A DNA stretch of 64,000 nt from Candidatus Spongiisociaceae bacterium. Its GTDB lineage: Bacteria > Actinomycetota > Acidimicrobiia > Spongiisociales > Spongiisociaceae. The notes beneath the pieces are model-generated. The model worked only from the letters and a program-made list of their open reading frames with translations. It had not been told where the DNA came from and ran no database searches. Positions 29,182 to 38,192 of this stretch are shown one piece after another. The stretch's first letter is position 1. Each line of letters begins with the position of its first letter. Made by a program: the position numbers and the translations under genes. Location: positions 768,001 to 832,000 of the forward strand of contig OZ241841.1 of the NCBI GenBank assembly GCA_965202665.1. Direction: 5' to 3'.

Positions 29182-29628
29182 GTGCAAACCGAGGTTGCCG
29201 TTGAAATCGAAGCCCCGTTGCCCCGGGTGTGGGAGGAAGTGACCGACTTTCCCTCCCATGTTCGATGGATGCGGGACGCCCGTTCCATCCGAGTGGAACC
29301 GCCCGGGGAAGCGGGGGTGGGGTCGGTTTTGGTGATCGACACCCGGGTGGGCCCTTTTCGCACCATCGACCGATTTCAGATCACCAAGATGATTCCGATG
29401 TCGCGGGTGGCCGGCCGCCACCGGGGCCTGTTCACCGGCGAAGGGCGGTTCGAACTGTCCGAGGCGGGGCCGGGCCGCACCCGGTTCGCCTGGCGGGAAA
29501 AAGTCTCCTTCCCCTGGTTTTTCGGCGGCGGCCTGACGGCTTGGGCCGCCAAACCGATCCTGACCCGCATCTGGAGCTCCAACCTGCGCTCCTTCAAAGA
29601 ACTGGTGGAAGGCGACCCCGAAATCTGA
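29182..29628 (+). CDS. SRPBCC family protein
   Basis: VEIEAPLPRVWEEVTDFPSHVRWM pattern. Confidence 0.8.
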   Translation: MQTEVAVEIEAPLPRVWEEVTDFPSHVRWMRDARSIRVEPPGEAGVGSVLVIDTRVGPFRTIDRFQITKMIPMSRVAGRHRGLFTGEGRFELSEAGPGRTRFAWREKVSFPWFFGGGLTAWAAKPILTRIWSSNLRSFKELVEGDPEI

Positions 29629-30105
29629 TTATCCACCGCCCGCGGCCTCCCGCCGGACCTGGAAATCGGGGCATCGTTCCACTTTCTCCACCATGAAAGT
29701 CTCGGTGGGGAGTTCCTCCACTTTCAGCAAGGCCACCTCCCGCCCCTCCGCCACCACCGTCCCGGTGCGGGCGTCTATGACGTGAATCCCGTAGTCGTCC
29801 GCCCCGTAGCGGGGGGCGAGGATGTCCGCCTCCTCCACCATGGCGTCGAACGGAGTGCGGGCCCCCACCGCCTCCGGGTCCCGCTCCGCGACGGCGACGG
29901 CCCTTTCATCGCCCATCTCCGGCGGGCAATCCAAATCCCCGTCCGGGGCGCCGGGGGGCGGAGCCGGTTGCGAACCGCAGGAGGCCCCCGCCGCCAGCGC
30001 CAAAGCCGACAGGAGGGCCGCCGCTCCTATTCTCCGACGAACTCGGCCCGTCGTTTCTCCAAAAATGCGGACACTCCCTCTTTGGCGTCTTTGGTGTAGA
30101 AGCAT
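29629..30105 (-). CDS. Putative lipoprotein (start uncertain)
   Basis: [21 protein letters not shown] resembles a lipoprotein signal. Confidence 0.55.
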   Translation of the reverse strand: MLLHQRRQRGSVRIFGETTGRVRRRIGAAALLSALALAAGASCGSQPAPPPGAPDGDLDCPPEMGDERAVAVAERDPEAVGARTPFDAMVEEADILAPRYGADDYGIHVIDARTGTVVAEGREVALLKVEELPTETFMVEKVERCPDFQVRREAAGGG

Positions 30106-30794
30106 TCCCGAAAGGCGTCCGCCTCCACCCGCAGGGCGTCGTCGATCGGCTTGCCCCAGCCTTCGTTTACGGCCCGCTTGGCCGCTCCCAAAGCCGCGGT
30201 GGGGCCGGAGGCGTATTCGGCCGCGTCGGCGATGGCCGCCTCCAGCAACTCATCGGCCGGGAAAACCTTGTCGGCCAACCCCATGGCCAAGGCCTCGTCG
30301 GCCGGAACGTGGCGGCCCGAATAGACCAGTTCCTTGCCGCGGCTGAAACCGACAAGCCGGGGAAGGCGCTGGGTGCCGCCCGCGCCGGGGATGATTCCCA
30401 ATCGGATTTCAGGCTGGCCCACTTTGGCGTCTTCGGCCAGGTAGCGGAAGTCGGCGCCCATCGCCAACTCCAAGCCTCCCCCCAGGGCGTAGCCGAAAAC
30501 GGCGGCGATGACCGGCTTGGGGACCTGCTCCAAACGGCGGATCACCGCGTCGATGTTGTTGTCCTCCAAGCCTTCTTTGCCGCCGGCGTGGGCAGTTTTG
30601 AAACCGGAAATGTCCGCCCCGGCCGCGAAGTGGGGACGGCCGGTGATCACCACCGCCCGAACGGAGGAGCCGCCGACTTCGGCCACCGCCTGATCCAAAT
30701 CGTCGGCCAACTCCCCGGACAGGGCGTTGACCGGGGGGCGGTTCAACTCGATGATCCCCACCTGCCCTTGCGAAGTATATGAAACCAGTTCCAC
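30027..30794 (-). CDS. Enoyl-CoA hydratase/isomerase
   Basis: [24 protein letters not shown] and [19 protein letters not shown] motifs. Confidence 0.92.
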   Translation of the reverse strand: MELVSYTSQGQVGIIELNRPPVNALSGELADDLDQAVAEVGGSSVRAVVITGRPHFAAGADISGFKTAHAGGKEGLEDNNIDAVIRRLEQVPKPVIAAVFGYALGGGLELAMGADFRYLAEDAKVGQPEIRLGIIPGAGGTQRLPRLVGFSRGKELVYSGRHVPADEALAMGLADKVFPADELLEAAIADAAEYASGPTAALGAAKRAVNEGWGKPIDDALRVEADAFRECFYTKDAKEGVSAFLEKRRAEFVGE

Positions 30795-30875
30795 TTGCTC
30801 TCCTCCTTGCGGTTAGCGCGACGGCTGTTCGCCCGTTTCGGAAAGAATAGAGGGCGCGAGAGGGGGACGCCGCCC

Positions 30876-31808
30876 CTACCCCAGCAACCGGGCGGCGGCC
30901 GTCCACGGATCCACTTCCCCGGCCGCAACCTGGGCCGCCGCCTCGTCCAAACCGGGAGTTTCGCCGGACCCCAGGCGGCGGACGGCCGCTTCCCGCACCG
31001 CCTCCTCCATTATCGCCCGCGCCCGGCGGAGGCGCCGTTCCGCCAGTCCGCCTTCTTCCAGATGGGCGGCGTGCCCGGCCAAAGCCTCCCACAGCCGGTC
31101 CATCCCCGACCCGTCGGAGGCGACGGTTTCCACCACCGGCGGTCGCCACCCGCCGCCCGGCCCCATATCCAACATCATCTCCAAATCGCGCCGAGCGTCG
31201 GCCGCTCCGGGACGGTCCGCCTTGTTGACCGCAAACACGTCCCCGATTTCCAGCAGGCCCGCCTTCCCGGCCTGGATACCGTCCCCCCAGCCGGGGGTGA
31301 CCGCCACCATTACGGTGTCCGCCTCCAGCATAATGTCCACCTCCGCCTGCCCCACCCCCACCGTTTCCACGATAAGAAAGTCGAAGCCGGCCCCGTCCAA
31401 AACCGCCGCCGCCTTGGGGGCGGCCGCCGACATCCCGCCCAGATGCCCCCGTCCGGCCAGCGAACGCACGTACACCTGCGGGTCGTCGATGTGCTCCTGC
31501 ATGCGGATGCGGTCGCCGAGCACCGCCCCGCCGGTGAACGGGCTGGACGGGTCCACCGCCAGCACCCCCACCGCGTCTCCCTGGCGGCGGATGATTTCTA
31601 TCAGGCGGGAGGCGAGGGTGCTTTTTCCGGCCCCGGGGGCCCCGGTCAGGCCGATGCGCCGCGCGCCGCCCGCCCCGGCGTGAAACAGGCGCAACAGTTC
31701 GGAGGAGGATGGGGCTCCGTCTTCCACGGCGCTGACCGCCCGGGCCAGGGCGCGGCGGTCGCCCGCTCTGGCCTTGCGAACCAGTTCCGGCGGGGAATCC
31801 GGTTTCAC
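30876..31808 (-). CDS. meaB: B12-mutase-associated GTPase MeaB/ArgK
   Basis: GAPGAGKST, AVDPSSPFTGGAVLGDRIRM, ETVGVGQ and NKAD motifs. Confidence 0.93.
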   Translation of the reverse strand: MKPDSPPELVRKARAGDRRALARAVSAVEDGAPSSSELLRLFHAGAGGARRIGLTGAPGAGKSTLASRLIEIIRRQGDAVGVLAVDPSSPFTGGAVLGDRIRMQEHIDDPQVYVRSLAGRGHLGGMSAAAPKAAAVLDGAGFDFLIVETVGVGQAEVDIMLEADTVMVAVTPGWGDGIQAGKAGLLEIGDVFAVNKADRPGAADARRDLEMMLDMGPGGGWRPPVVETVASDGSGMDRLWEALAGHAAHLEEGGLAERRLRRARAIMEEAVREAAVRRLGSGETPGLDEAAAQVAAGEVDPWTAAARLLG

Positions 31809-31822
31809 GGGGGGAAGCCGGG

Positions 31823-32170
31823 TCAGGCGGCCCGCACCGAGGTGACTCCCGGAACCCGGTCAGTGAGGATGCGCTCAATGCCGGCGGTCAAAGTCATCAT
31901 GGACAGGGGGCACCCCGAACAGGCCCCCACCAACTGCAAATCGACCGCGCCGTCCGCATCCACCCCGTTCAGTATCAGGTCGCCGCCGTCGGCTTGCAGG
32001 GCGGGGCGGATGTACTCCAAGGTGGCCTGCAGCAGTTTCATGTCCACCGGGCTGTCCGCCGCCGGTTGTTCCGTTCCCGACGGCGCGTCCGGCCGCCCGG
32101 TATCCGATGCGCCGGGCGGAGCGGGCAGGTCCAAAGTCACGGTGGCGGGCGAGGCGGTCACGGGGGTCAT
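31823..32170 (-). CDS. NifU C-terminal (NfuA-like) domain protein
   Basis: IRPALQADGGD..GACSGCP motif. Confidence 0.88.
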   Translation of the reverse strand: MTPVTASPATVTLDLPAPPGASDTGRPDAPSGTEQPAADSPVDMKLLQATLEYIRPALQADGGDLILNGVDADGAVDLQLVGACSGCPLSMMTLTAGIERILTDRVPGVTSVRAA

Positions 32171-32171
32171 T

Positions 32172-32960
32172 CTAGCCGGGGGCGGTGGCCCTCATCTCCA
32201 AAGACAACCGCTCGGCGTCCAAACCTTCGCTCCGAACCCGCAACTCCAGATAAGCCACCGCCAACACTACGAACAGAAACATCTCAAAAAGGGCCCCTAT
32301 CACCGCCGACCATAGGATGGCGAACGGCCGCCCGGTGATGAGCAGGGTGGGCAAAGCCGCCGTCGCGGCCCCCATCACCACCACGATGGCCGCCGCCCCC
32401 ACCGCCGTCCCGCACATGTGCCACCAACGGGAACGGACCAGGCGCCATGACCGGCGCAGGGCGCCCCTGATGCCCTGATTTTCCACCGTCATCGGCCCCG
32501 GCCACACCGCCCAAGACAGGATGAGGAACAAGCCGGGCAGAATGAACAGTATCGTTCCCAAGACGACCGCCGGCAAGGTGAGCGCATACAGGCCCAAGAT
32601 GGGAAGCAGACGGGAGAAGGCGGCGGCCAGGGCGGTGCGCCATCCCTGTTCGGTTCCGGCGTAGGCGTCCGCCGTCAAGCGGAACACGGCCGCCGCGGCC
32701 ACCACCGAAACCAGGGAGGTGACCAGGAACTGGAACCCGACGACGGGGGCGGTTTCCGCCATCCATCCGGTCACCTCCTCCAAAGTCGCCTGCTCGGAGG
32801 GCGGAACGGGAAGTTCGATCAAGGTCGACAAAAGCACCGACGCCGGAACAGGCAGGACCAGAGCCACCGCCGCCAGCGAACCGAACCGTTGCCGCACCAC
32901 CGTCAAAGCATCGGTGAACACCCCTCCGATGTCCAAAGGACGAAGATGCAAAGTTTCCAC
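32172..32960 (-). CDS. Integral membrane protein
   Basis: LRPLDIGGVF..ALRRSWRLVR..YLELRVRSEGLD; multiple TM segments. Confidence 0.75.
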   Translation of the reverse strand: METLHLRPLDIGGVFTDALTVVRQRFGSLAAVALVLPVPASVLLSTLIELPVPPSEQATLEEVTGWMAETAPVVGFQFLVTSLVSVVAAAAVFRLTADAYAGTEQGWRTALAAAFSRLLPILGLYALTLPAVVLGTILFILPGLFLILSWAVWPGPMTVENQGIRGALRRSWRLVRSRWWHMCGTAVGAAAIVVVMGAATAALPTLLITGRPFAILWSAVIGALFEMFLFVVLAVAYLELRVRSEGLDAERLSLEMRATAPG

Positions 32961-33058
32961 GCCCCCGATGGTAATAGGGAGCCCTCAGGCCACCGACACG
33001 CGCGGGCCGCGGGAGCCCGCTAGCCTCGCCGTAAGACAGCGGGGAGGTTGATAACCCA

Positions 33059-33517
33059 ATGCAAGTAGCCATCGGGGCGGACCATGCCGGCGTTTCACTA
33101 AAAAGCTTCCTAGTGGAACATCTGGAGGGACTGGGTTATCAGGTGGCCGACCTGGGAACCCATTCCGAGCAACCGGTGGACTACCCGGATTCGGCGGCGG
33201 CGGTGGGGGAGGCGGTGCGCTCCGGGGCGGCGGAGCGGGGCATCGCCGTGTGCGGGTCGGGAGCGGGGACGGCCATCGCCGCCAACAAACTGCCCGGTAT
33301 CCGGGCGGCGGTGGCCCACGACCACTACACCGCCCATCAGATGGTGGAACACGACGATGTCAACCTGCTGTGCCTGGGGGCCAGGGTGGTGGGCCAAAGC
33401 TTGGCGGCCGAGCTGGCCGAAACGTTCCTGACCGCCGTATTCTCCGGCGAAGAACGCCACCTGCGCCGCCTGCAAAAAATCCACGCCCTGGAAAAAACGA
33501 AACCCGTTGCCGACTAA
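33059..33517 (+). CDS. rpiB: Ribose-5-phosphate isomerase B
   Basis: GADHAG, DYPD, CGSGAG and ANKLPGIRAA motifs. Confidence 0.95.
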   Translation: MQVAIGADHAGVSLKSFLVEHLEGLGYQVADLGTHSEQPVDYPDSAAAVGEAVRSGAAERGIAVCGSGAGTAIAANKLPGIRAAVAHDHYTAHQMVEHDDVNLLCLGARVVGQSLAAELAETFLTAVFSGEERHLRRLQKIHALEKTKPVAD

Positions 33518-33869
33518 TCAACCTCCGGCCGTATCAGGCAAAGCAAATCGAAAAGGGCGTTATCTACCTTGACTCTGTCCGACGCTGAAAGGCGGCCCAA
33601 GGTTGTTACGTAACGGTTCTGGTTGACGGAACGGATCTGCTCGCACTGCAGGTAGCTGGTTTCCTCGAGCCCGTTTTCCTCGCTTGGCTCCACCTCAATA
33701 TACGAGTCTAAATCGCGGGGCGTAGTCGTAAAGGGCGCCACAACCACATTGGGAACATCCAGCCCGGCGGGGGACCCAGAACCAAAGCTGGGCGGTAACT
33801 AGCGGGGTCCGCCGGGTACTCCGGGTCCCTCGTAACAAAATCCACCAACCCTATTTCGTTGACCGGCAT
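33514..33869 (-). pseudogene. PemK/MazF toxin copy C (4-nt deletion frameshift near 33760)
   Basis: MPVNEIGLVDFVTRDPEYPADPASYRPALVLGPPPG, then in another frame DVPNVVVAPFTTT...LLCLIRPEVD*; near-identical to 34945-35295. Confidence 0.8.
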
Positions 33870-34199
33870 CCGGCGAAGCAAATCGCGAATGGTGTTATCT
33901 ACCTTGACTCTGTCCGACGCTGAAAGGTAGCCCAAGACGTTGATGTGAGGGTCCTTGTTAACGGAGCGAATCTGCTCGCACTGCAGGTAGCTGATTTCCT
34001 TAAGGCCGTTCTCCTTGTTTGGTTCCACTTCAACATACGAGCGGAGGTCGCGGGGCGTTGTCGTAAAGGGGCCCACAATCACGTTGGGACCCGCTGGCCC
34101 TCTCAGCGGGGGACCCAGGACCAAAGCTGGGCGGAGATCAGCAGGTTCCGCCGGGTACTCCGGACCAAAATCCACCGATAATATTACATTGGTGATCAT
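33708..34199 (-). CDS. PemK/MazF toxin copy B, fused in frame (no stop) to the start of copy C
   Basis: MITNVILSVDFGPEYPAEPADLRPALVL..PFTTT..QCEQIRSV..DLLRR|MPVNEIG. Confidence 0.75.
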   Translation of the reverse strand: MITNVILSVDFGPEYPAEPADLRPALVLGPPLRGPAGPNVIVGPFTTTPRDLRSYVEVEPNKENGLKEISYLQCEQIRSVNKDPHINVLGYLSASDRVKVDNTIRDLLRRMPVNEIGLVDFVTRDPEYPADPASYRPALVLGPPPGWMFPMWLWRPLRLRPAI

Positions 34200-34210
34200 A
34201 GCTCGCCACG

Positions 34211-34276
34211 TTAGCAAGCAACCCTTGCCAAACCCCCTGGACCAAAATCCACCAACCATATTTCGTTGACCGGCAT
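34211..34276 (-). pseudogene. 21-aa MazF stub
   Basis: Reads MPVNEIWLVDFGPGGLARVAC*, at the position equivalent to the copy A start (offset 1019). Confidence 0.7.
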
Positions 34277-34319
34277 ATCGCTATTCCTGCGACAATGCTT
34301 CGGCTACAAATACCTTTCC

Positions 34320-34850
34320 CTATTCCCGTTCGGGGCCAACCTCTCCCGGGGCGGCGTCCTGCGACATTACCTTGGCTACCAAATCCTTCCATTCATACGG
34401 ATCTACGTACCAAGGGTTCGGTTTTCTCCATTCCAACACAGCTCCGGCCGACCATCCATATCCAAACTGCTCCGTTGCTAAAGCCTCTACCGCTCTGGCT
34501 ACTGCCCTGTAGGCCCGGACGGCTCGGAGGGCCAGCTCCGGGTTCCCTATAATTTCGGCTATCTCATCGAAGCCCGCCAAGGCCTTTTGGAGGGGACCCA
34601 AATCGTAGATGACATACCCGCCCAAATCGCCTTGGGACTCCGCCGTCTGGTTGAATTCAGCCGCCGCCCGGCGAACTTCGTCCAGATCTAAACTCCGGGC
34701 CGCGTCGCGGGCCGACGGGAAGTCGAAGGCTTTGATGGCCGCCAGGACCGCCTCGGCGAGTTCGGCCCCTTCCTCCTCACCGCCCAGCTCCCGTAGCAGG
34801 TTGTGGACATCCGCCACCTGTTGCTCGCGACTCTTCATCAAGGGAAGCAT
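34320..34850 (-). CDS. Orphan 176-aa MazF partner, copy 2
   Basis: 169/176 identical to 35339-35869; AAGGAG upstream. Confidence 0.8.
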   Translation of the reverse strand: MLPLMKSREQQVADVHNLLRELGGEEEGAELAEAVLAAIKAFDFPSARDAARSLDLDEVRRAAAEFNQTAESQGDLGGYVIYDLGPLQKALAGFDEIAEIIGNPELALRAVRAYRAVARAVEALATEQFGYGWSAGAVLEWRKPNPWYVDPYEWKDLVAKVMSQDAAPGEVGPERE

Positions 34851-34944
34851 AATACGCTCCTTTCGTCGTTGCGATCTCGTCGAGCGGATTCGCCGGGATT
34901 GGCGCCGCCCCCGTTTCCAACATCAAAACTTTTGGGGGAGACAA

Positions 34945-35295
34945 CTAATCAACTCCCGGCCGCCTCAGGCAAAGCAAATCGAGAATTGCTTTATCCACCT
35001 TGACTCTGTCCGACGCTGAAAGGCGGCCCAAGGTTGTTACGTAACGGTTCTGGTTGACGGAGCGGATCTGCTCGCACTGCAGGTAGCTGATTTCCTCAAG
35101 CCCGTTTTCCTCGCTTGGCTCCACCTCAATATACGAGTCCAAGTCGCGGGGCGTAGTCGTAAAGGGCGCCACAACCACGTTGGGAACATCCACCCAACCC
35201 GGCCGGGGGCCAAGAACCAAAGCTGGGCGGTAACCAGCGGGTTCCGCCGGGTACCCCGGATCAAAATCCACCAACCAGATTTCGTTGACCGGCAT
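34945..35295 (-). CDS. PemK/MazF-family endoribonuclease toxin, intact copy A
   Basis: EIWLVDFDP...EPAGYRPALVL..VVVAPFTT..ENGL..SYLQCEQIRSV..LGRL; the catalytic-type Arg and Thr positions are retained. Confidence 0.88.
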   Translation of the reverse strand: MPVNEIWLVDFDPGYPAEPAGYRPALVLGPRPGWVDVPNVVVAPFTTTPRDLDSYIEVEPSEENGLEEISYLQCEQIRSVNQNRYVTTLGRLSASDRVKVDKAILDLLCLRRPGVD

Positions 35296-35338
35296 ATCGC
35301 TATTCCTGCGACAATGCTTCGGCTACAAATACCTTTCC

Positions 35339-35869
35339 CTATTCCCGTTCGGGGCCAACCTCTCCCGGGGCGGCGTCCTGCGACATTACCTTGGCTACCA
35401 AATCCTTCCATTCATACGGATCTACGTACCAAGGGTTCGGTTTTCTCCATTCCAACACAGCTCCGGCCGACCATTTATATCCAAACTGCTCCGTTGCTAA
35501 AGCCTCTACTTCTATGGCTACTGCGCTGTAGGCCCGGACGGCTCGGAGGGCCAGCTCCGGGTTCCCTATGATCTCGGCTATCTCATCGAAGCCCGCCAAG
35601 GCCTTTTGGAGGGGACCCAAATCGTAGATGACATACCCGCCCAAATCGCCTTGGGACTCCGCCGTCTGGTTGAATTCAGCCGCCGCCCGGCGTACTTCGT
35701 CCAGATCGAATCTCTCGGCCGCGTCGCGGGCCGACGGGAAGTCGAAGGCTTTGATGGCCGCCAGGACCGCCTCGGCGAGTTCGGCCCCTTCCTCCTCACC
35801 GCCCAGCTCCCGTAGCAGGTTGTGGACATCCGCCACCTGTTGCTCGCGACTCTTCATCAAGGGAAGCAT
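35339..35869 (-). CDS. Orphan 176-aa MazF partner (putative non-canonical antitoxin), copy 1
   Basis: Sits directly upstream of mazF in the same orientation; acidic and helical. Confidence 0.8.
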   Translation of the reverse strand: MLPLMKSREQQVADVHNLLRELGGEEEGAELAEAVLAAIKAFDFPSARDAAERFDLDEVRRAAAEFNQTAESQGDLGGYVIYDLGPLQKALAGFDEIAEIIGNPELALRAVRAYSAVAIEVEALATEQFGYKWSAGAVLEWRKPNPWYVDPYEWKDLVAKVMSQDAAPGEVGPERE

Positions 35870-35997
35870 AATACGCTCCTTTCGTCGTTGCGGTCTCGTC
35901 GAGCGGGTTCGCCGGGATTGGCGCCGCCCCTGCTTCCAACATACAAAACTTTGGGGGAGACAACTAGGGGGTTGTTTTTTGACGACGGAGCGGGAGC

Positions 35998-36977
35998 CCG
36001 GCCCGAGGGCGACTGCTCCGGAGGGCGGCGAAAGGGGGTAGATTTGGGGCGTTCGGGAGGAGAAGCCCGCAATGTTCTAATCGTAGAACAGTAGGCGGAG
36101 GGGCGGCAGGTCGTAAACATCCGCCCGCTGCCACCCCCCCCCCCGTCCGCTACCCGGCGGGAATCCCGCCCCTCGGACCCGGCGGATGGTCGTCATCCCC
36201 CTGGATTCGGCGACTCGGCGGGATGATGTCGCAATCCCCTATCGGAGTAAAGGAATCCCTCCGGCCTGGACGGGCGGGCGGGTTATCCTCCCACCGCCGT
36301 TTGTCCTGCGACCGAACCGAACCCCGGCGGGAATCCGGGAATCATCCCCCGGCGGGATGACCGCCGCCAAGTCCTGCGACCCGCCGCCGTTCGTCATTCG
36401 TGGATTCCGAACCGCCCGCCCGGTCGGTCGCCGTCATCCCAAACAGGCTACGCAGTTCGTCCCGAACCGCCGCCTGCGTCTCCGCCAACTCGGCGGGCGA
36501 CAGGTTAGCCGCCGCCCCTTCCCGGATAGCCGCCCATCCGTCCGTAGTCGGATAATGGCCGCCCACTTCCTGGATGATGGCATTTAATGCCGCCGCCAGT
36601 TCGGCGGGCGACATCCCGCAGTTCGGGTCGTTAATCGGGTTCGTCATCATTCCCCCTTTTCCTAGTTATCGGAATACCCTACCCCCGAATTAAACAGTAT
36701 GGTGGATGGTCTAACAAAGCCTGATTTTCAGACACCTCTGATGATTACTTACAACCACAGGCTGTACCGTGGAATAGATAAGCACCAGGCACCAGAGCAG
36801 ACAGCACAGGATCGTCAGTGTCAGTATCAGGGTCATACGCGGGATCTGCTTTGGCCTGCTTTGTTGTGTGGTTCTGGTTCAGGTCCCGCCCTGCTGTCCT
36901 GCTGGATCCGGCCCGGGGGCGCCTGCTCCGGAGGGTGGCGAAAGGGGGTAGATTTGGGGCGTTCGGGAGGAGGAGCC
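35998..36977 (+). repeat. 70-bp imperfect direct repeat (35998-36067 / 36908-36977, 66/70) flanking an ~840-bp insert
   Basis: CCGGCCCG(A/G)GGGCG(A/C)CTGCTCCGGAGGG(C/T)GGCGAAAGGGGGTAGATTTGGGGCGTTCGGGAGGAG(A/G)AGCC occurs twice. Confidence 0.9.
36342..36650 (-). CDS. Orphan 102-aa protein with internal SPAELA repeat
   Basis: AAGGGG RBS; lies inside the repeat-flanked insert. Confidence 0.55.
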   Translation of the reverse strand: MMTNPINDPNCGMSPAELAAALNAIIQEVGGHYPTTDGWAAIREGAAANLSPAELAETQAAVRDELRSLFGMTATDRAGGSESTNDERRRVAGLGGGHPAGG

Positions 36978-36978
36978 T

Positions 36979-37197
36979 TTGCAAATAACCAAGACGGTTC
37001 GGATAGCCGGAGAGTCGGAGACCTCCATCGAAGCGGCCATCGGGTCGGTGCTGACGCGGGCCGCCGCCTCGTTGCGGGATGTGCAAACCTATGAGGTGGT
37101 GCGGGTGGGGGGCCGCTTGGGCGACGGCGGGACCTGGGTGCACGAAGTCACCTGCGATGTGACCTTCGGCGTCAAAGAGCCCGCCGCCTACGGGTGA
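36979..37197 (+). CDS. Dodecin-family protein
   Basis: K..IAGES..SIEAAI...RAAASLR..YEV..VTF; GGAGGAGG RBS. Confidence 0.75.
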   Translation: MQITKTVRIAGESETSIEAAIGSVLTRAAASLRDVQTYEVVRVGGRLGDGGTWVHEVTCDVTFGVKEPAAYG

Positions 37198-38165
37198 GCC
37201 CCGAACCGGTCCCCCTCGGCTCGGGCATCCACCGGGTGACGCTGCAACTGCCCATAATCAGCCCGCCCGCCGTCAACTGCTACATCATTGAAGGCGGCGA
37301 CGGGCTGACGGTGATCGACTGCGGGGTGGAACAACGGGAACGTCTGGACGAACTGGGCTCCGCCCTGTCCGCCATCGCGGGCGGGGAAGCGCCGGTGGAA
37401 CGGTTGGCGTGCACCCACCTGCATTTCGACCATATGGGAGGGGCCGCCTCTTTTGTGCGCCAACACCAGTCGGAGTTCATCATGCACCGCACCGCCGCCG
37501 GCCTGACGGACGAGTACAACGACTGGTCGATCATTATGGAACGGATGTTGCGCTGGGCCCGTCGCAGCGGGGCCCCTCCCGACGACTTGGAGGCGATGGC
37601 GGACTGGCCCCGCCCCGACTACGCGGGCCGGGCCATCGCCCCCACCCGCCCGGTGGAGGACGGCGACCGCATCCCCCTCGGCGGGGACCGGAACTTGGAG
37701 GTCATCCACACCCCCGGCCATCATCTCACCCACATTTGCCTGCGGGACAGCCGCACCGGCCGCCTGTTCAGCGGAGACCACATCCTGCCCCGCATCACCC
37801 CTTTCGTGGCCCATCAGGACGACCGGGACGCGCTGGCCGAATACCTGGATTCCCTGGAACGGATCGAACTGCTGGACCCGGGAACCACCCTGCCCGCCCA
37901 TGGCGACACCGTGGAGCAGGGCCGGGCCCGGGCCCGCCAGATAACCCTCCACCATCAAAGGCGGCTGGGGGCCATGGCCCAGGTAACCCGCGCCCGCCCC
38001 GCCACCGCCTGGGAGGTGATGACCGAAACTTTCCGCCCCGACCTGACCGTCCAGCAACGGTTTCTGGCCTTTCAAGAAACGTTGGCCCATTTGGAGCATC
38101 TGGTCGCCCAAGGCCGCCTGCGCCGGGCGGAAGAAGAAGGCCTGCTGCGCTACGGCCCGCCGTAA
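37194..38165 (+). CDS. MBL-fold metallo-hydrolase
   Basis: THLHFDHMG, HTPGH, SGDHIL and PAHG motifs. Confidence 0.9.
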   Translation: MSPEPVPLGSGIHRVTLQLPIISPPAVNCYIIEGGDGLTVIDCGVEQRERLDELGSALSAIAGGEAPVERLACTHLHFDHMGGAASFVRQHQSEFIMHRTAAGLTDEYNDWSIIMERMLRWARRSGAPPDDLEAMADWPRPDYAGRAIAPTRPVEDGDRIPLGGDRNLEVIHTPGHHLTHICLRDSRTGRLFSGDHILPRITPFVAHQDDRDALAEYLDSLERIELLDPGTTLPAHGDTVEQGRARARQITLHHQRRLGAMAQVTRARPATAWEVMTETFRPDLTVQQRFLAFQETLAHLEHLVAQGRLRRAEEEGLLRYGPP

Positions 38166-38192
38166 CCCCCGCGCCCGGCCCGGAACCGGAGG

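Larger units (their letters stand above)
34243..35966. repeat. Direct duplication, 34243-34947 vs 35262-35966 (offset 1019 bp)
   Basis: Near-identical sequence read directly; the junction lies at CAACTA overlapping the mazF stop. Confidence 0.93.

Noticed and set aside
36073-36090. LexA SOS box or dif site
   Set aside because: Orientation and spacing (GTTC-N8-GAAC) do not match the actinobacterial GAAC-N4-GTTC box, and there is no XerD-arm TTATGT motif.
33514-36977. CRISPR array or integron cassette array
   Set aside because: The repeats are gene-sized or only two copies; I saw no regular repeat-spacer period, attC-like structure, cas gene or integrase.
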